Under the pieces are notes generated by a model that was not told where the DNA came from, searched no databases, and saw nothing but the letters and a program-made list of their open reading frames with translations. 64,000 nt of DNA from Candidatus Helarchaeota archaeon (GTDB taxonomy: Archaea; Asgardarchaeota; Lokiarchaeia; Helarchaeales; RDOG01), in NCBI GenBank assembly GCA_029838215.1, contig JALGVI010000006.1, forward strand, positions 38,385 through 102,384. The letters run 5' to 3'. Below, in pieces: positions 50,199-59,968 of this stretch. How positions within the stretch are numbered: position 1 is the stretch's first letter; each line of letters opens with the position of its first letter. A program made the translations under genes and the position numbers.

Positions 50199-50567
50199 TC
50201 AGTCGTTCCAGACTAATACTATACCCGTCTCATCATCAGCTTCCGTGCGCATCTTGATCTTCTTTCCATCCATTTCCTTGAACGTCATTTTGAGATTGCA
50301 CGCCATGAAAGCAGGAATTTCAAATTCACGAGATACGATAGCCAAGTGAGATCCTGTCGATCCGCTTGAACATATCACGCCAGTAATTCTGCTCAGAATG
50401 GGACCTAGCGTGGTTGTTCCAGCCTGCTCCACTAAACATATCTTCCCTTCGGCTTCACCTTGTATCAATTCAATGACATCATTAACATCTTTTATGTATT
50501 TTGCCTGTCCAGTTACTTCATTTTTGGTGGAACAGGACAAACCAGATCCAATTTCTTCGAACGCCAT
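50199..50567 (-). CDS. Stand-alone PEP-utiliser mobile (phosphohistidine swivel) domain
   Basis: GVI...G.TGSHLAIVSREFEIPA with the phosphorylatable His. Confidence 0.9.
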   Translation of the reverse strand: MAFEEIGSGLSCSTKNEVTGQAKYIKDVNDVIELIQGEAEGKICLVEQAGTTTLGPILSRITGVICSSGSTGSHLAIVSREFEIPAFMACNLKMTFKEMDGKKIKMRTEADDETGIVLVWND

Positions 50568-50674
50568 TCAAATTCAACTCTTTATCCTTCAAGTTTTCCA
50601 AGATATTACTCAAAGACAAAATTCATAATTATCAATCCTTAAAAAATCTTATGACTGACGTAAATCGAGTTATT

Positions 50675-51319
50675 TTATGCCTTAAATGAATCCACGTGAT
50701 ATCCTAAAATGCGCTCCTTGTCAGAACCAAGAATTTGAAAATCAAAATGCTCTGGTTCGCTAGGAAAATATTCATTTATGATGAAACAGGGCTTCTTAAG
50801 ATGGTAAATGACGTATGCCCTATGCAAGATGAATTGGTTTGCAGAAGGAAAGATCTTGCGAAAAAACGGAAATTTTTTAACTTCAAATTTATTAAAAAAC
50901 AGGATTTCACGAAATGTTTCAAGCTTCTCAGCAGAAATGATCATTCCAATTCCAAAATCAGTATGATCTAGTTTATGCAGTACGGCGGGCGTTAAATTAT
51001 CCACGTAAATAATGCTCAGGGCATAGACCAGATTGGTGCCTGTCTTCGCACTTTGAAGAATTACCTCTCGATACTTGAAATTCTCGGGTGACCGCCCATC
51101 ATTTACGTTTTTAACATATAATTCGTGCTTCTCAAGGTCATCCCATAAAAAACAAGAGTTAAGGGCGGGCTTGATGATGTTAATAATAGAACCCGTCCAT
51201 TGTCGAAGAACCTGCGTGACAGTTCCATCAGTATGTAACAGGATCCGGTGCAAAGGACTCAATTCTTCTTCTTTGATCGGAAGTACAGCCATCACCACGT
51301 TTTTTTTGAAATGAGTCAT
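50675..51319 (-). CDS. Chorismate pyruvate-lyase family protein (UbiC/DUF98/Rv2949c-like)
   Basis: RILLHTDGTVT, REVIL, VYA.S.I, GIG.I....KLETFREI, R.Y.I, INEYFP. Confidence 0.85.
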   Translation of the reverse strand: MTHFKKNVVMAVLPIKEEELSPLHRILLHTDGTVTQVLRQWTGSIINIIKPALNSCFLWDDLEKHELYVKNVNDGRSPENFKYREVILQSAKTGTNLVYALSIIYVDNLTPAVLHKLDHTDFGIGMIISAEKLETFREILFFNKFEVKKFPFFRKIFPSANQFILHRAYVIYHLKKPCFIINEYFPSEPEHFDFQILGSDKERILGYHVDSFKA

Positions 51320-51717
51320 AATAAAACTTACAAAAAAATCTTGTAAAATTTGAATTTAAATCTTTAAAACGATAAAATCCAACTTTTTACAAAAATAAAA
51401 CGACTAAATTTTCCAAAATCGTCAAGAAATAGAAATAAATCTTAAACTTGAACCATCAAGGATCTTTTTAATACTAAAATATCGTCTTCTAACCGGAATA
51501 TTTCTGCCTTTAGTTGCTGTATTTCGCTAGAAAGTCCTAAAACGATTCTAACTAAATCATTTTTACTAAAAGTTTCATAAATTGATTCTAGAAATTGTTC
51601 ATCCATTTATAATCATCTTTCGTGCATACATATAAGAATTAAGCAGTGAATCGAGAGTTTTGTTATAATTTTTGTGTAAACATCTGTGCACTCGTGCATG
51701 ATATTCGTGAAAAAAAG

Positions 51718-52488
51718 CTACAACATGATTCGCATCAAGTCATGACCAATGATTACATTGCCGGAAAATTCTTGCTTGATTATTTTTTCCATGGAGATCA
51801 GTTCGGCTTCGCAGACAGGATAAAAATGCGTCAGCACGAGGTTTTTCACGTTCGTATCATTTGCAATCTGGATTAAATCTTTAGGAGTGACATGACTTCC
51901 AGTTTCGATTCCATCGGGAAAGGAACATTCATGAATGAGATAATCGCAACCAGTCGCGAGATCAATCAACGCAGGTGCTGGGGCAGTATCACCACTACAC
52001 GTGATGGAATGTTCAGGAGAATCAAAACGAAAAGCAATCGATGGAATGCCGTGCACGGTTGGAGCAACACTGACTCGTATATCTTCCTGTTGAAAAATCA
52101 CGCCGTGCTCGCAATCCTGACTTTTAAGGAAATTAAAAACGACATTTAAATAATTAAAAACGTCTGAAAACAGCACGTTAAGAAAAGATGTCGTTCCAGA
52201 GGGACCGTAAACGTGGAATTCTCGAACTCGCTTCAACATTAATAATTCTTTTAGGATTATGGAAATATCGGAAACATGGTCAACGTGTAAATGCGTAAGG
52301 AATATGTGATCAAGGTTCGTGATCTCCATTTCCGGAATCTTTGCGAGTTGTCGTTGAGTCCCGGGACCACAATCTATCAAAAATGGCTTTCCCTTTAACA
52401 TTATTAGAATCCCCGGAGACAGTCTTTTAGCAGATGAAAGTGCAGTACCCGTTCCCAACAAGATGATTTGATCGCGAATTTCAATCAA
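51718..52488 (-). CDS. MBL-fold hydrolase, RNase Z/BN-like
   Basis: LLGTG, IDCGPG, THLHVDH, SGDT, IHECS, SH, LTHFYP. Confidence 0.9.
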   Translation of the reverse strand: MIEIRDQIILLGTGTALSSAKRLSPGILIMLKGKPFLIDCGPGTQRQLAKIPEMEITNLDHIFLTHLHVDHVSDISIILKELLMLKRVREFHVYGPSGTTSFLNVLFSDVFNYLNVVFNFLKSQDCEHGVIFQQEDIRVSVAPTVHGIPSIAFRFDSPEHSITCSGDTAPAPALIDLATGCDYLIHECSFPDGIETGSHVTPKDLIQIANDTNVKNLVLTHFYPVCEAELISMEKIIKQEFSGNVIIGHDLMRIML

Positions 52489-52778
52489 TCCTCCAATTTC
52501 AAATACAGAATTTTATATAAAAAAGTGTTTAATTAAAAAAAGAATTTGTTCGATATCCCTTAAAAAAAATACCATTATAATTCCAACTTTCCTCATTTTC
52601 AATAAGTTCGATAAAATATCATTATATTTTTATTGAAAAAACAACTTTATAATCGTGTGGCAAGTAGTCACAAGAGTTAAAAATATGAAAATAGACCCGA
52701 AAAAAAAGGTTATTATCCGACAGAAATACGTGCAATAACTTAAAATTAAAAAAAAAGAATGAAAGGAATTGTATTGAC

Positions 52779-53198
52779 ATGTCCACCCAAGAATTGAATT
52801 TTAAGCTTCTCGGAGGACTTCCCAAACAAACAATCCTGAATCGAACTTCTGCAGAAACGGGTATTGTTCACGGAATTCTCCTGCGAAACAAGAAAAAAGG
52901 ACTTGCAGTTTTTATTTCAATGATATCATTAAAACCCGGTGCTCGGAGCAAAGCAGATGCTGATGACAAACCAACGATCATTGGAGGATTCACGAGTGAA
53001 GACATAAAGGAAGAACTTCGCAAGCTTAAAAAACAGAAATGGGTACCGATCGGTCACTTGCAGATAGATATTGGGCGGAAAGCCGTAAAACGGTATCTTG
53101 AGGGTGGTACAGAATTTGCACTTGTAGATTTGGAAACACTGCTTGAGAACCAACAAGACGAAACGAAATCTAAAGAATATCTTTCTTATTTCACCTAA
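52779..53198 (+). CDS. Hypothetical protein
   Basis: 139 aa ORF flanked by AT-rich intergenic DNA. Confidence 0.75.
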   Translation: MSTQELNFKLLGGLPKQTILNRTSAETGIVHGILLRNKKKGLAVFISMISLKPGARSKADADDKPTIIGGFTSEDIKEELRKLKKQKWVPIGHLQIDIGRKAVKRYLEGGTEFALVDLETLLENQQDETKSKEYLSYFT

Positions 53199-53350
53199 TT
53201 TTTTGATTTTCTTCCGAAAAAAAACACCGAATTCGAGATTTTCGTTTGGTCTTCCACAGATTTGTGTAGATCCTTGCTCAATGGAAAAAATTTAAGTAAA
53301 TTTTAAGAATTAAACTACATCCGAATTTTAATGAATTTATTTGCAGTGAC

Positions 53351-54496
53351 GTGATAGAAATGGGTCGTGGTATAAATCTTAAAGAACAAGACATTCATGA
53401 TGAAAAGTGGCTTGAAGGATACGCACGCAAGTCGGCTAAAAACGTTGAAGAATTATGGGTGAACACTTTTCAATGGCCTCTCCCAACACCGGATGGTGTT
53501 TCAGCGGGCGATGTTACCGGAGACGGAAAATGTGAAGTCGCGGGATGCTCAGATGATCATTTCCTAAAGCTTTTTACATGGGATGGAAAAGAAATATGGC
53601 GAAAAGACCTGTTCGATGCCGTGATTTTTTGCAAGATCGTGGATGTTGATGCAGACGGAAAAAAAGAAATCATTTGTGGTGGAGCAGACAAGACTTTTCA
53701 CGTATTTGATGCACAGGGAAATGAGAAATGGAATAAAAAAATCAAAAAATGGTTTTATTGTGCAGAAGTTGCAGATATTAACAACGATGGAATCCCAGAA
53801 ATTTTAACAGGAACGCGAGATCGACACCTCTATTGCCTCAACGGAAAAAATGGCAGTGAACTTTGGAAGGTCGAGACTGATCTTTACGTCAAGAATTGCA
53901 AGGTCATTAAAGATTTTATCATCATGGGATCAGATGACGGCACGTTCAGGGCATTAGATTCCAAGGGTAACGAGAGGTGGCTTCGGGAATTTGAAGACCG
54001 CGTCACCGCATGTGATTTGGTAAGTTGGCAAGGAAAATATTATAGCTGCGCGGGATCTGAAGACGGGCCGTTAAAGTTTTTCGATGATAAAGGCGCGGAA
54101 TTGTGGTCATTTCAGTTTGGTGGTCCAATAACAGCGTGTAAAATAATTGACTTCACCAAAGATGGAAATCTTGAGATCGTAGCCTGTTCAAGAGATTCTC
54201 AGGTTATCGTCTTTGACTTGAAGGGGGTTCCAAAGATCAAAATTAACGAACCTGAAGATGTCACGTGCATGAAAATAGGGGACACCAACGCAGACTCGCG
54301 ACAGAACTTAATTATAGGCAATCAAGATTCATTTTTACGAATTTATGATGAAATGGGAAAAGAACGTTCAAATTATCAGTTCGAGAATGCGGTAAAGTGC
54401 ATAGAAATCGCAGATATTGATGGAGACGGTCGACTCGAAATCATTGCTGGGGGACATGATAGGACCATTCGAGCCCTCAGAGAAAATTTGACATGA
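53351..54496 (+). CDS. FG-GAP/VCBS-like beta-propeller protein, no signal peptide
   Basis: About 40-aa repeats with DxDGDG.xEI motifs (DVTGDGKCEV, DVDADGKKEI, DINNDGIPEI, DFTKDGNLEI, DIDGDGRLEI) and W residues. Confidence 0.88.
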   Translation: MIEMGRGINLKEQDIHDEKWLEGYARKSAKNVEELWVNTFQWPLPTPDGVSAGDVTGDGKCEVAGCSDDHFLKLFTWDGKEIWRKDLFDAVIFCKIVDVDADGKKEIICGGADKTFHVFDAQGNEKWNKKIKKWFYCAEVADINNDGIPEILTGTRDRHLYCLNGKNGSELWKVETDLYVKNCKVIKDFIIMGSDDGTFRALDSKGNERWLREFEDRVTACDLVSWQGKYYSCAGSEDGPLKFFDDKGAELWSFQFGGPITACKIIDFTKDGNLEIVACSRDSQVIVFDLKGVPKIKINEPEDVTCMKIGDTNADSRQNLIIGNQDSFLRIYDEMGKERSNYQFENAVKCIEIADIDGDGRLEIIAGGHDRTIRALRENLT

Positions 54497-54719
54497 AACC
54501 AATTCGGTTCTCTTTTTAGGGGAAACCAAAAATCTTCTGAATGACGTGCAATTTGTCTTTAAAATCTTTCTAAAAATAAGCATTTTGTTTATTAATTCAA
54601 ATGGCAATTGCGATTTTCTCAAATTTTTACTGGAAAATTGAGAAACAAAGTTTAAATAAACCCTTACAGCTTTTAATTAAATATTCAAATTTCAAGCTTG
54701 AATCCTATTAATTAGGTAA

Positions 54720-55241
54720 GTGATCACGTTGAGTCAAGAAGAATTAGAGAATCTGAAAAAAAGGAAAAAGGAATTGGAGAATGAACTCTCAGAGATCCGT
54801 CATAGGATTGAACTCGTAGAAAAAGAAATCCGAGAAGAACAGTCAAGGACACCCATTCCAACGAGGACAGAAATCAGGAAAGAAGAGAAAAAGCAGGAAC
54901 CATTGGCAGCACCCATTCCGAATCTTGACCCTGTCGCACCAGCATCAGGATCACGCTCATCGGTAATTAGTTCAAATACACAAATGACAGCTTCCGCACT
55001 TAGTTCTAATAGACCAGGGGGAAAACGCATTACGAAACAAGTCTTACCAAAAGGCGGCGCAGTTTCTCAAGTAAAAGCCAAATCAGGGAAATATCATTGT
55101 CCAAATTGCGACTCCAACTATTATGAAGAACTTGAAGATAAAAGCAGGGTTCTTTACGCAATGGGTCCCGGCTTAAATGTTTATGGTAAAAAATTACGGT
55201 GTTGGAATTGTGGACATGAATGGCCCAAACCAACAGACTAA
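54720..55241 (+). CDS. Coiled-coil, low-complexity linker and C-terminal zinc ribbon protein
   Basis: LEELKKRK..LE coil; CPNC...RCWNCG. Confidence 0.8.
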   Translation: MITLSQEELENLKKRKKELENELSEIRHRIELVEKEIREEQSRTPIPTRTEIRKEEKKQEPLAAPIPNLDPVAPASGSRSSVISSNTQMTASALSSNRPGGKRITKQVLPKGGAVSQVKAKSGKYHCPNCDSNYYEELEDKSRVLYAMGPGLNVYGKKLRCWNCGHEWPKPTD

Positions 55242-55457
55242 ATTTTTAAAAATAATGCGTTTTTTTTAAAACTCAAGAGTGAAAAAGACAGGACATCTTC
55301 GTGTCTTTAACTTTATTTCTCTTTTTTAACCGATTCATCGTTTCTCGATGAATGCCATGAGACAAACAAGCAATATTTAATTTACTTCAAAGTAATCTCT
55401 TTTTCGTTTAAAATGTGAATAGTGAAGGAATTGTGTGTGGATTTTCGCTCACGTAAA

Positions 55458-55486
55458 GGGGAATGTAGGGAGGAGGGGGTTGGGGG
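55458..55486 (+). other. Canonical G-quadruplex-forming motif in an AT-rich intergenic region
   Basis: GGGG aatgta GGG agga GGGGG tt GGGGG. Confidence 0.5.
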
Positions 55487-55946
55487 TTAAATAAAACTAG
55501 TATATGAACGAAAATCTTCCACCAATTCCTTCTCAAAACTTTTTCTTATCACCCAAAACCGGTCATATACTCTATAGTCCCCATGTCTTGAAATGCGATT
55601 CTCGTAATTATTTACATTTTTATTAGTTAAATTACAAGTTTTAAAAGCTTTTTCATTACCCATAATAAAAAATCTATTTATTTTGAAAAAATAGACAAAA
55701 ACGGAATTTTGAATGTAAATTGAATAAGACTCCACTTAGAACATTCCGATAAAAAGCCGTCAAACGGATAACATCCTTTAAAAATAACCAAAATAAAGAA
55801 GTGGGCAATGAGAATGGTGCTCAATAAGTATTATCATATTTATTATATTAGATTTTAGAGAATTTTAGAAATTTTAAAATGTCTCTTTTGAAAACTGAAG
55901 TCAGTAGAATTCTATTTCAGAAATTGAAATAATTAAGAACTCTTAG

Positions 55947-55967
55947 TTTCAGAAAATACTTCTGAAA
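55947..55967. promoter_or_regulatory. Palindromic operator-like site upstream of thiolase
   Basis: TTTCAGAA-aatac-TTCTGAAA, with an extra tttcagaaa half-site at 55915-55923; 33 bp before the ATG. Confidence 0.55.
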
Positions 55968-56000
55968 GATCTACTTAATTTAATAGGAGATTAGAACAAA

Positions 56001-57452
56001 ATGCCAGAATTAAGAGAAGTCGTAATTGTAGATGCAATTCGTACGCCCATGGGCAGAAGTGGTTGGAAGGCAGCCACTAAAAAAGGGATACATTATTATT
56101 CTACTGCTCAAGAAATGACAGCACAGGTGATAAAGGCAATTGTTGAGCGGGCAAAATTGCTATCAGCAGCTTTTGACCCCAATGAAATTGAAGACGTTGC
56201 ATTTGGATGCTCAGCGCAATATGGTGAACAAGGCGGTAATTTAGGACGAATTGGCGTGCTTGTCGCAGATTTGCCGGATTCCATTGCAGGACAAACCATC
56301 GACAGGTATTGCAATGCAGGATTGCAGGCAATAAACACCCAAGCAATGGCCATAGCAACAGGGGCAGGGGACATAATGATTGCAGGAGGAACTGAATTTC
56401 TCTCAAGATATCCATTAGGATCTAGCTTGAGTGCAGTTTGGTTCGCAAAAAAATCAGCACAACCTTACTCACACCGAATTCATAAAGCATTTATGAAAAA
56501 ATCCACGATCATGGGTCAATCAGCAGAATTAATTGCTGCACAATATAAGATCAGCCGTGAAGAATTGGATGATCTTGCGGTTTATAGCCATCAACACGCA
56601 ACAAAGGCGATGAGAGATAAGGAAGTGTACAACAAGCGAATATGCCCCATCAAGACATTGCAATATACGGAAAACGAACGTGGAAAATTGAAGAAGCTAA
56701 AGGATGAGGATGGAAGACCCGTCATATTAAGAGCAACAGAAGATGAAACACCCCGACAAATGTATTTAGATGATGAAGAAACTGCTAGGCAAAAGCTCGC
56801 TGCATTGAAACCGCGCTTCAAGCCTGTTGGTGGAGTTGTTACTGCTGGAAACTCAAGTGCAATCGTTGATGGTTCGTCTGCCGTGCTTTTAATGAGTCGA
56901 GAAAAAGCAGATGAACTGGGAATCAAGCCACTTTGCTCTTACGTTTCAAGTGCCGTTGAAGGATCCGATCCCATTTTCATGTTATTAGGACCCGTACCAG
57001 CAATGTATAAGGCATTAAAGAGAGCGGGTAAAAAAATTGAAGACATGGATATAATTGAACCAAACGAAGCATTTGCTTCACCAGTTATCGCATTCGCCAA
57101 AGAATTCGGTTACGATTATTTAGATCCACGACAAAATCCATTCGGTGGTGGAATTTCCATAGGTCATCCCATTGGTTGTTCAGGTTCCATGTATTTCGGT
57201 GAAATGTGTTGGGCCTTAGCAACTCAAAATAAAGAATGGGCCATCCAGACGTTGTGCGGCGGTGGTGGCGTAGGCATAGCAACTGTTGTAAAACGTGATA
57301 AAAAGGAAAAACCATCAGTTTTCAACATTCCATCCGACTGGGCAATAAATAATAAGGTGAACTACGACATTCCTGCCAAGCAGGCTCAGCGTGGTATTGT
57401 TGATCACAAGTACATGATACCCGAGTTAATTAAAAAATACGGTGAACTATAA
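56001..57452 (+). CDS. Thiolase (acetyl-CoA C-acyltransferase)
   Basis: RTPMG, catalytic YCNAG, TAGNSS..VDG, EPNEAFA, GHPIG, LCGGGG; C-terminal extension. Confidence 0.95.
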   Translation: MPELREVVIVDAIRTPMGRSGWKAATKKGIHYYSTAQEMTAQVIKAIVERAKLLSAAFDPNEIEDVAFGCSAQYGEQGGNLGRIGVLVADLPDSIAGQTIDRYCNAGLQAINTQAMAIATGAGDIMIAGGTEFLSRYPLGSSLSAVWFAKKSAQPYSHRIHKAFMKKSTIMGQSAELIAAQYKISREELDDLAVYSHQHATKAMRDKEVYNKRICPIKTLQYTENERGKLKKLKDEDGRPVILRATEDETPRQMYLDDEETARQKLAALKPRFKPVGGVVTAGNSSAIVDGSSAVLLMSREKADELGIKPLCSYVSSAVEGSDPIFMLLGPVPAMYKALKRAGKKIEDMDIIEPNEAFASPVIAFAKEFGYDYLDPRQNPFGGGISIGHPIGCSGSMYFGEMCWALATQNKEWAIQTLCGGGGVGIATVVKRDKKEKPSVFNIPSDWAINNKVNYDIPAKQAQRGIVDHKYMIPELIKKYGEL

Positions 57453-57493
57453 AATATTCGAATAGGGTAGATAAAATTCCCTCTTTTCTTTTT

Positions 57494-58084
57494 TTAATCA
57501 AAATATCCAAATAAATCTCCAGAATCTTCTAAATCTTGTAACCAATCAATGTCTTTTTTAAACAGAGGAACATCTGAACCCGAAAGGATTTTTGAAATTA
57601 ATGAAACGATCTCCTCGACGGTCATTTCTGAAGTGTCAATTTGGAAAATGATTTCAGGAGAAAATGCATCAAATGCAGCTTGAATGCAGGTCCCTAGAAT
57701 TTCGGCTTGCAGGTTCTCGCGGGCTTTTTCAGATGAGAAATTCTTTTCTTTCAGCCTGACTTGCAATTTTTTTGGATTTGTTCTTAAAATGAATACAAAA
57801 TCAACGTGTTGAGATGGTACGATATCTATGAAATGGCCTTCAATGATGATATTGGGTGATTTACTTGTTTCTATTAATTTTATAAGATGAGGAATTAATT
57901 GTTTCAGATCAGGAATGAGCGAATCACGAACTTCATCCTTTTCAAGAACGAAATTATTAACCAATATTTCGTGATTAATATCAATCAAATTAGCACTGAT
58001 TTTCTCGGTCAAAGTTCTTGCAAGAATCGTTTTTCCTGTGCCGGGAGTTCCTCCTATCAAGATAACGCGTGTCATGTAACTCAA
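57494..58084 (-). CDS. Adenylate kinase family AK6/Fap7-like NMP kinase
   Basis: IGGTPGTGKT, IEGH, LR.....L..RL, K.RENLQAE, IDTS. Confidence 0.88.
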   Translation of the reverse strand: MSYMTRVILIGGTPGTGKTILARTLTEKISANLIDINHEILVNNFVLEKDEVRDSLIPDLKQLIPHLIKLIETSKSPNIIIEGHFIDIVPSQHVDFVFILRTNPKKLQVRLKEKNFSSEKARENLQAEILGTCIQAAFDAFSPEIIFQIDTSEMTVEEIVSLISKILSGSDVPLFKKDIDWLQDLEDSGDLFGYFD

Positions 58085-58085
58085 A

Positions 58086-58904
58086 TCACTCTAGAACAAG
58101 CGGTCCGGGTTTTCCATCAACATAAATGTTGCCATTTTCATCTTGACTGATTCGTCCTTCCGCCAATAATTCAAGTGCTTTCGGGAAAATGACCCAATCT
58201 CCAACTTTTTTTAAGCGGTCTTGATTTAATTCCGTGAGTTTTTCAAGGTAATCTTTGTTTTCAGGCTTCTTTAAGAAATCAATAGTATATGCTTCAGGCA
58301 ATTTGATCTCTAAAGGTTTTGAAACGATGATGAGCGGTCCACCGTCCACCTGCTCGGTCACTAAATGGACGCTAGAACGCAAGTATTTTTCCCCAGCCAA
58401 GATGGCATCTCGCACGGCATTATCTCCAATATACTTGCGCCTTCCTTCGGGTGTCAATATCCGAAGATCCGCAGGATGCACGTTTAGCGTGGGATAAGCA
58501 TTGAAAATGACATCCGTGACAATGCTCATGTATCCTCCAAGAGCAACCGCATCAATATCGTGATTCTGTAAAAAGCCCAAAGTGATGGCATCATATTCCT
58601 TGCGAAGTTTCAAGTCTCGCTTATCATTTTTTCCTTTCGAAAGATAGAAGTTCCAGATATCATTAATTTCATAAGGGATGTCCTGTTCACTTGCAATTTG
58701 AGCGATCTTGCACGTTTCAGGATCGTCCTTATCACTAAAGAGAAAAACTAATTCGAATAAATTCTTTCCTTCTTTTTTCAATTCTTCCACGCGAGCAAGA
58801 ATCTTTTTAATATTTGTCCCAGATCCCGACATGAACCCGGCAACACGCAATGGACGTTCAAGATTTGCCGGCAAGGAATTATCATACAGTGGCTTTAGTG
58901 TCAT
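58086..58904 (-). CDS. purN: Folate-dependent formyltransferase, PurN-like
   Basis: MSGSGTN, LGGYM, LNVHP.DL, VHLVTEQVDGGP; GGAGG upstream of ATG 58904. Confidence 0.8.
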   Translation of the reverse strand: MTLKPLYDNSLPANLERPLRVAGFMSGSGTNIKKILARVEELKKEGKNLFELVFLFSDKDDPETCKIAQIASEQDIPYEINDIWNFYLSKGKNDKRDLKLRKEYDAITLGFLQNHDIDAVALGGYMSIVTDVIFNAYPTLNVHPADLRILTPEGRRKYIGDNAVRDAILAGEKYLRSSVHLVTEQVDGGPLIIVSKPLEIKLPEAYTIDFLKKPENKDYLEKLTELNQDRLKKVGDWVIFPKALELLAEGRISQDENGNIYVDGKPGPLVLE

Positions 58905-59261
58905 GTTCATCCTCCAAAAAGCATTATTCTTTGTTTCCTTTGTATCTATATTAAATTTTTCCTGATGAATGCACGATCTTTGAGTAAAGAATCGTTGTCT
59001 GCAAGCAGAGATCAACGCAAGCAACACATTGAAGTAAAAAAGAAAAAGAAAAGGCGAGAAATAGTTTCTCGCAAGGGTATGTACTTCAAAATCTCAGGGG
59101 TGGTGGAGGTTTTAGTGAAACTTTCGTATGAAAAAATAATCAACTTGAGTTCTTTAGAAATCTACTGTCATGTTGATATTATCAAGGCAATATTTCCGTG
59201 AATTGGTAACAATACCTAATCTTTTTAAATTCAAACCGAACTTTATTCTTAAACCAAAGAG

Positions 59262-59963
59262 GTGTTACGTAACGTGAGACTTTTCCTAATAAACCTTCAA
59301 GGTCCAAATTGCATTATAAACGAAGAAGGAGAATATATAAATCAACTGATTCACGAACTCGCCAAGTTTCCTGAAGATGAAATATCACTCTTGTGTCTCG
59401 GCGTGGGAGATCTCGTAGAACAGGAATATATCAAGTTGAAAGTAAAAAGAAAAAAAATTTCTATCAACATCGTCCGGTTCTTCACAAAAGACTCAAAATC
59501 AATAAAAAGCCCATTTGATGGAACTATTCAAGAGCAGGTTGAACGTTTTAAGGAATTCGTTGATTTGGTAGTTAAGTTTCTAGACTTGCAAAAAGGACAA
59601 ATTCACGTTTTGGGGCGTGGAATCATCCTTGATATTGCAAGATCCTTTAAAGAGTTTGCGAGTAATGTCGAACACCATGACCCTCGAAAGGTTTTAATTT
59701 CGTTATTTGGCATGGATTCCGTTGATCTTAGTGTTAAATCAGAAGAGGATGCAAAAATATTTAGCCAATTAAAGAAAGCGGAAGAAGGTGCTCTTGAGTT
59801 CGGAGATGTCATCATCCTCCATGATCAAACACTCGAAGAACAACTCAAGGAATTGTATCCTGATGTTTATTCTCAAGAAAAGATCAAATACATTCCTCCG
59901 CCAAAGGACGACTGGACAGATACCATCATGAAGTATAGGGAGATTTATCGAAGCTTTATCTAA
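59262..59963 (+). CDS. Glycosyltransferase family 4-like N-terminal domain protein lacking the C-terminal Rossmann domain
   Basis: Y..QL...L, VRF, IH, EE.AL...D.II pattern, then IKYIPP followed directly by a W......Y.EIY terminal helix. Confidence 0.55.
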   Translation: MLRNVRLFLINLQGPNCIINEEGEYINQLIHELAKFPEDEISLLCLGVGDLVEQEYIKLKVKRKKISINIVRFFTKDSKSIKSPFDGTIQEQVERFKEFVDLVVKFLDLQKGQIHVLGRGIILDIARSFKEFASNVEHHDPRKVLISLFGMDSVDLSVKSEEDAKIFSQLKKAEEGALEFGDVIILHDQTLEEQLKELYPDVYSQEKIKYIPPPKDDWTDTIMKYREIYRSFI

Positions 59964-59968
59964 TTCCT

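Noticed and set aside
55487-55735. 82-aa minus-strand ORF in the long intergenic region
   Set aside because: Its N-terminal half has low-complexity, AT-driven composition and no motif; not supportable.
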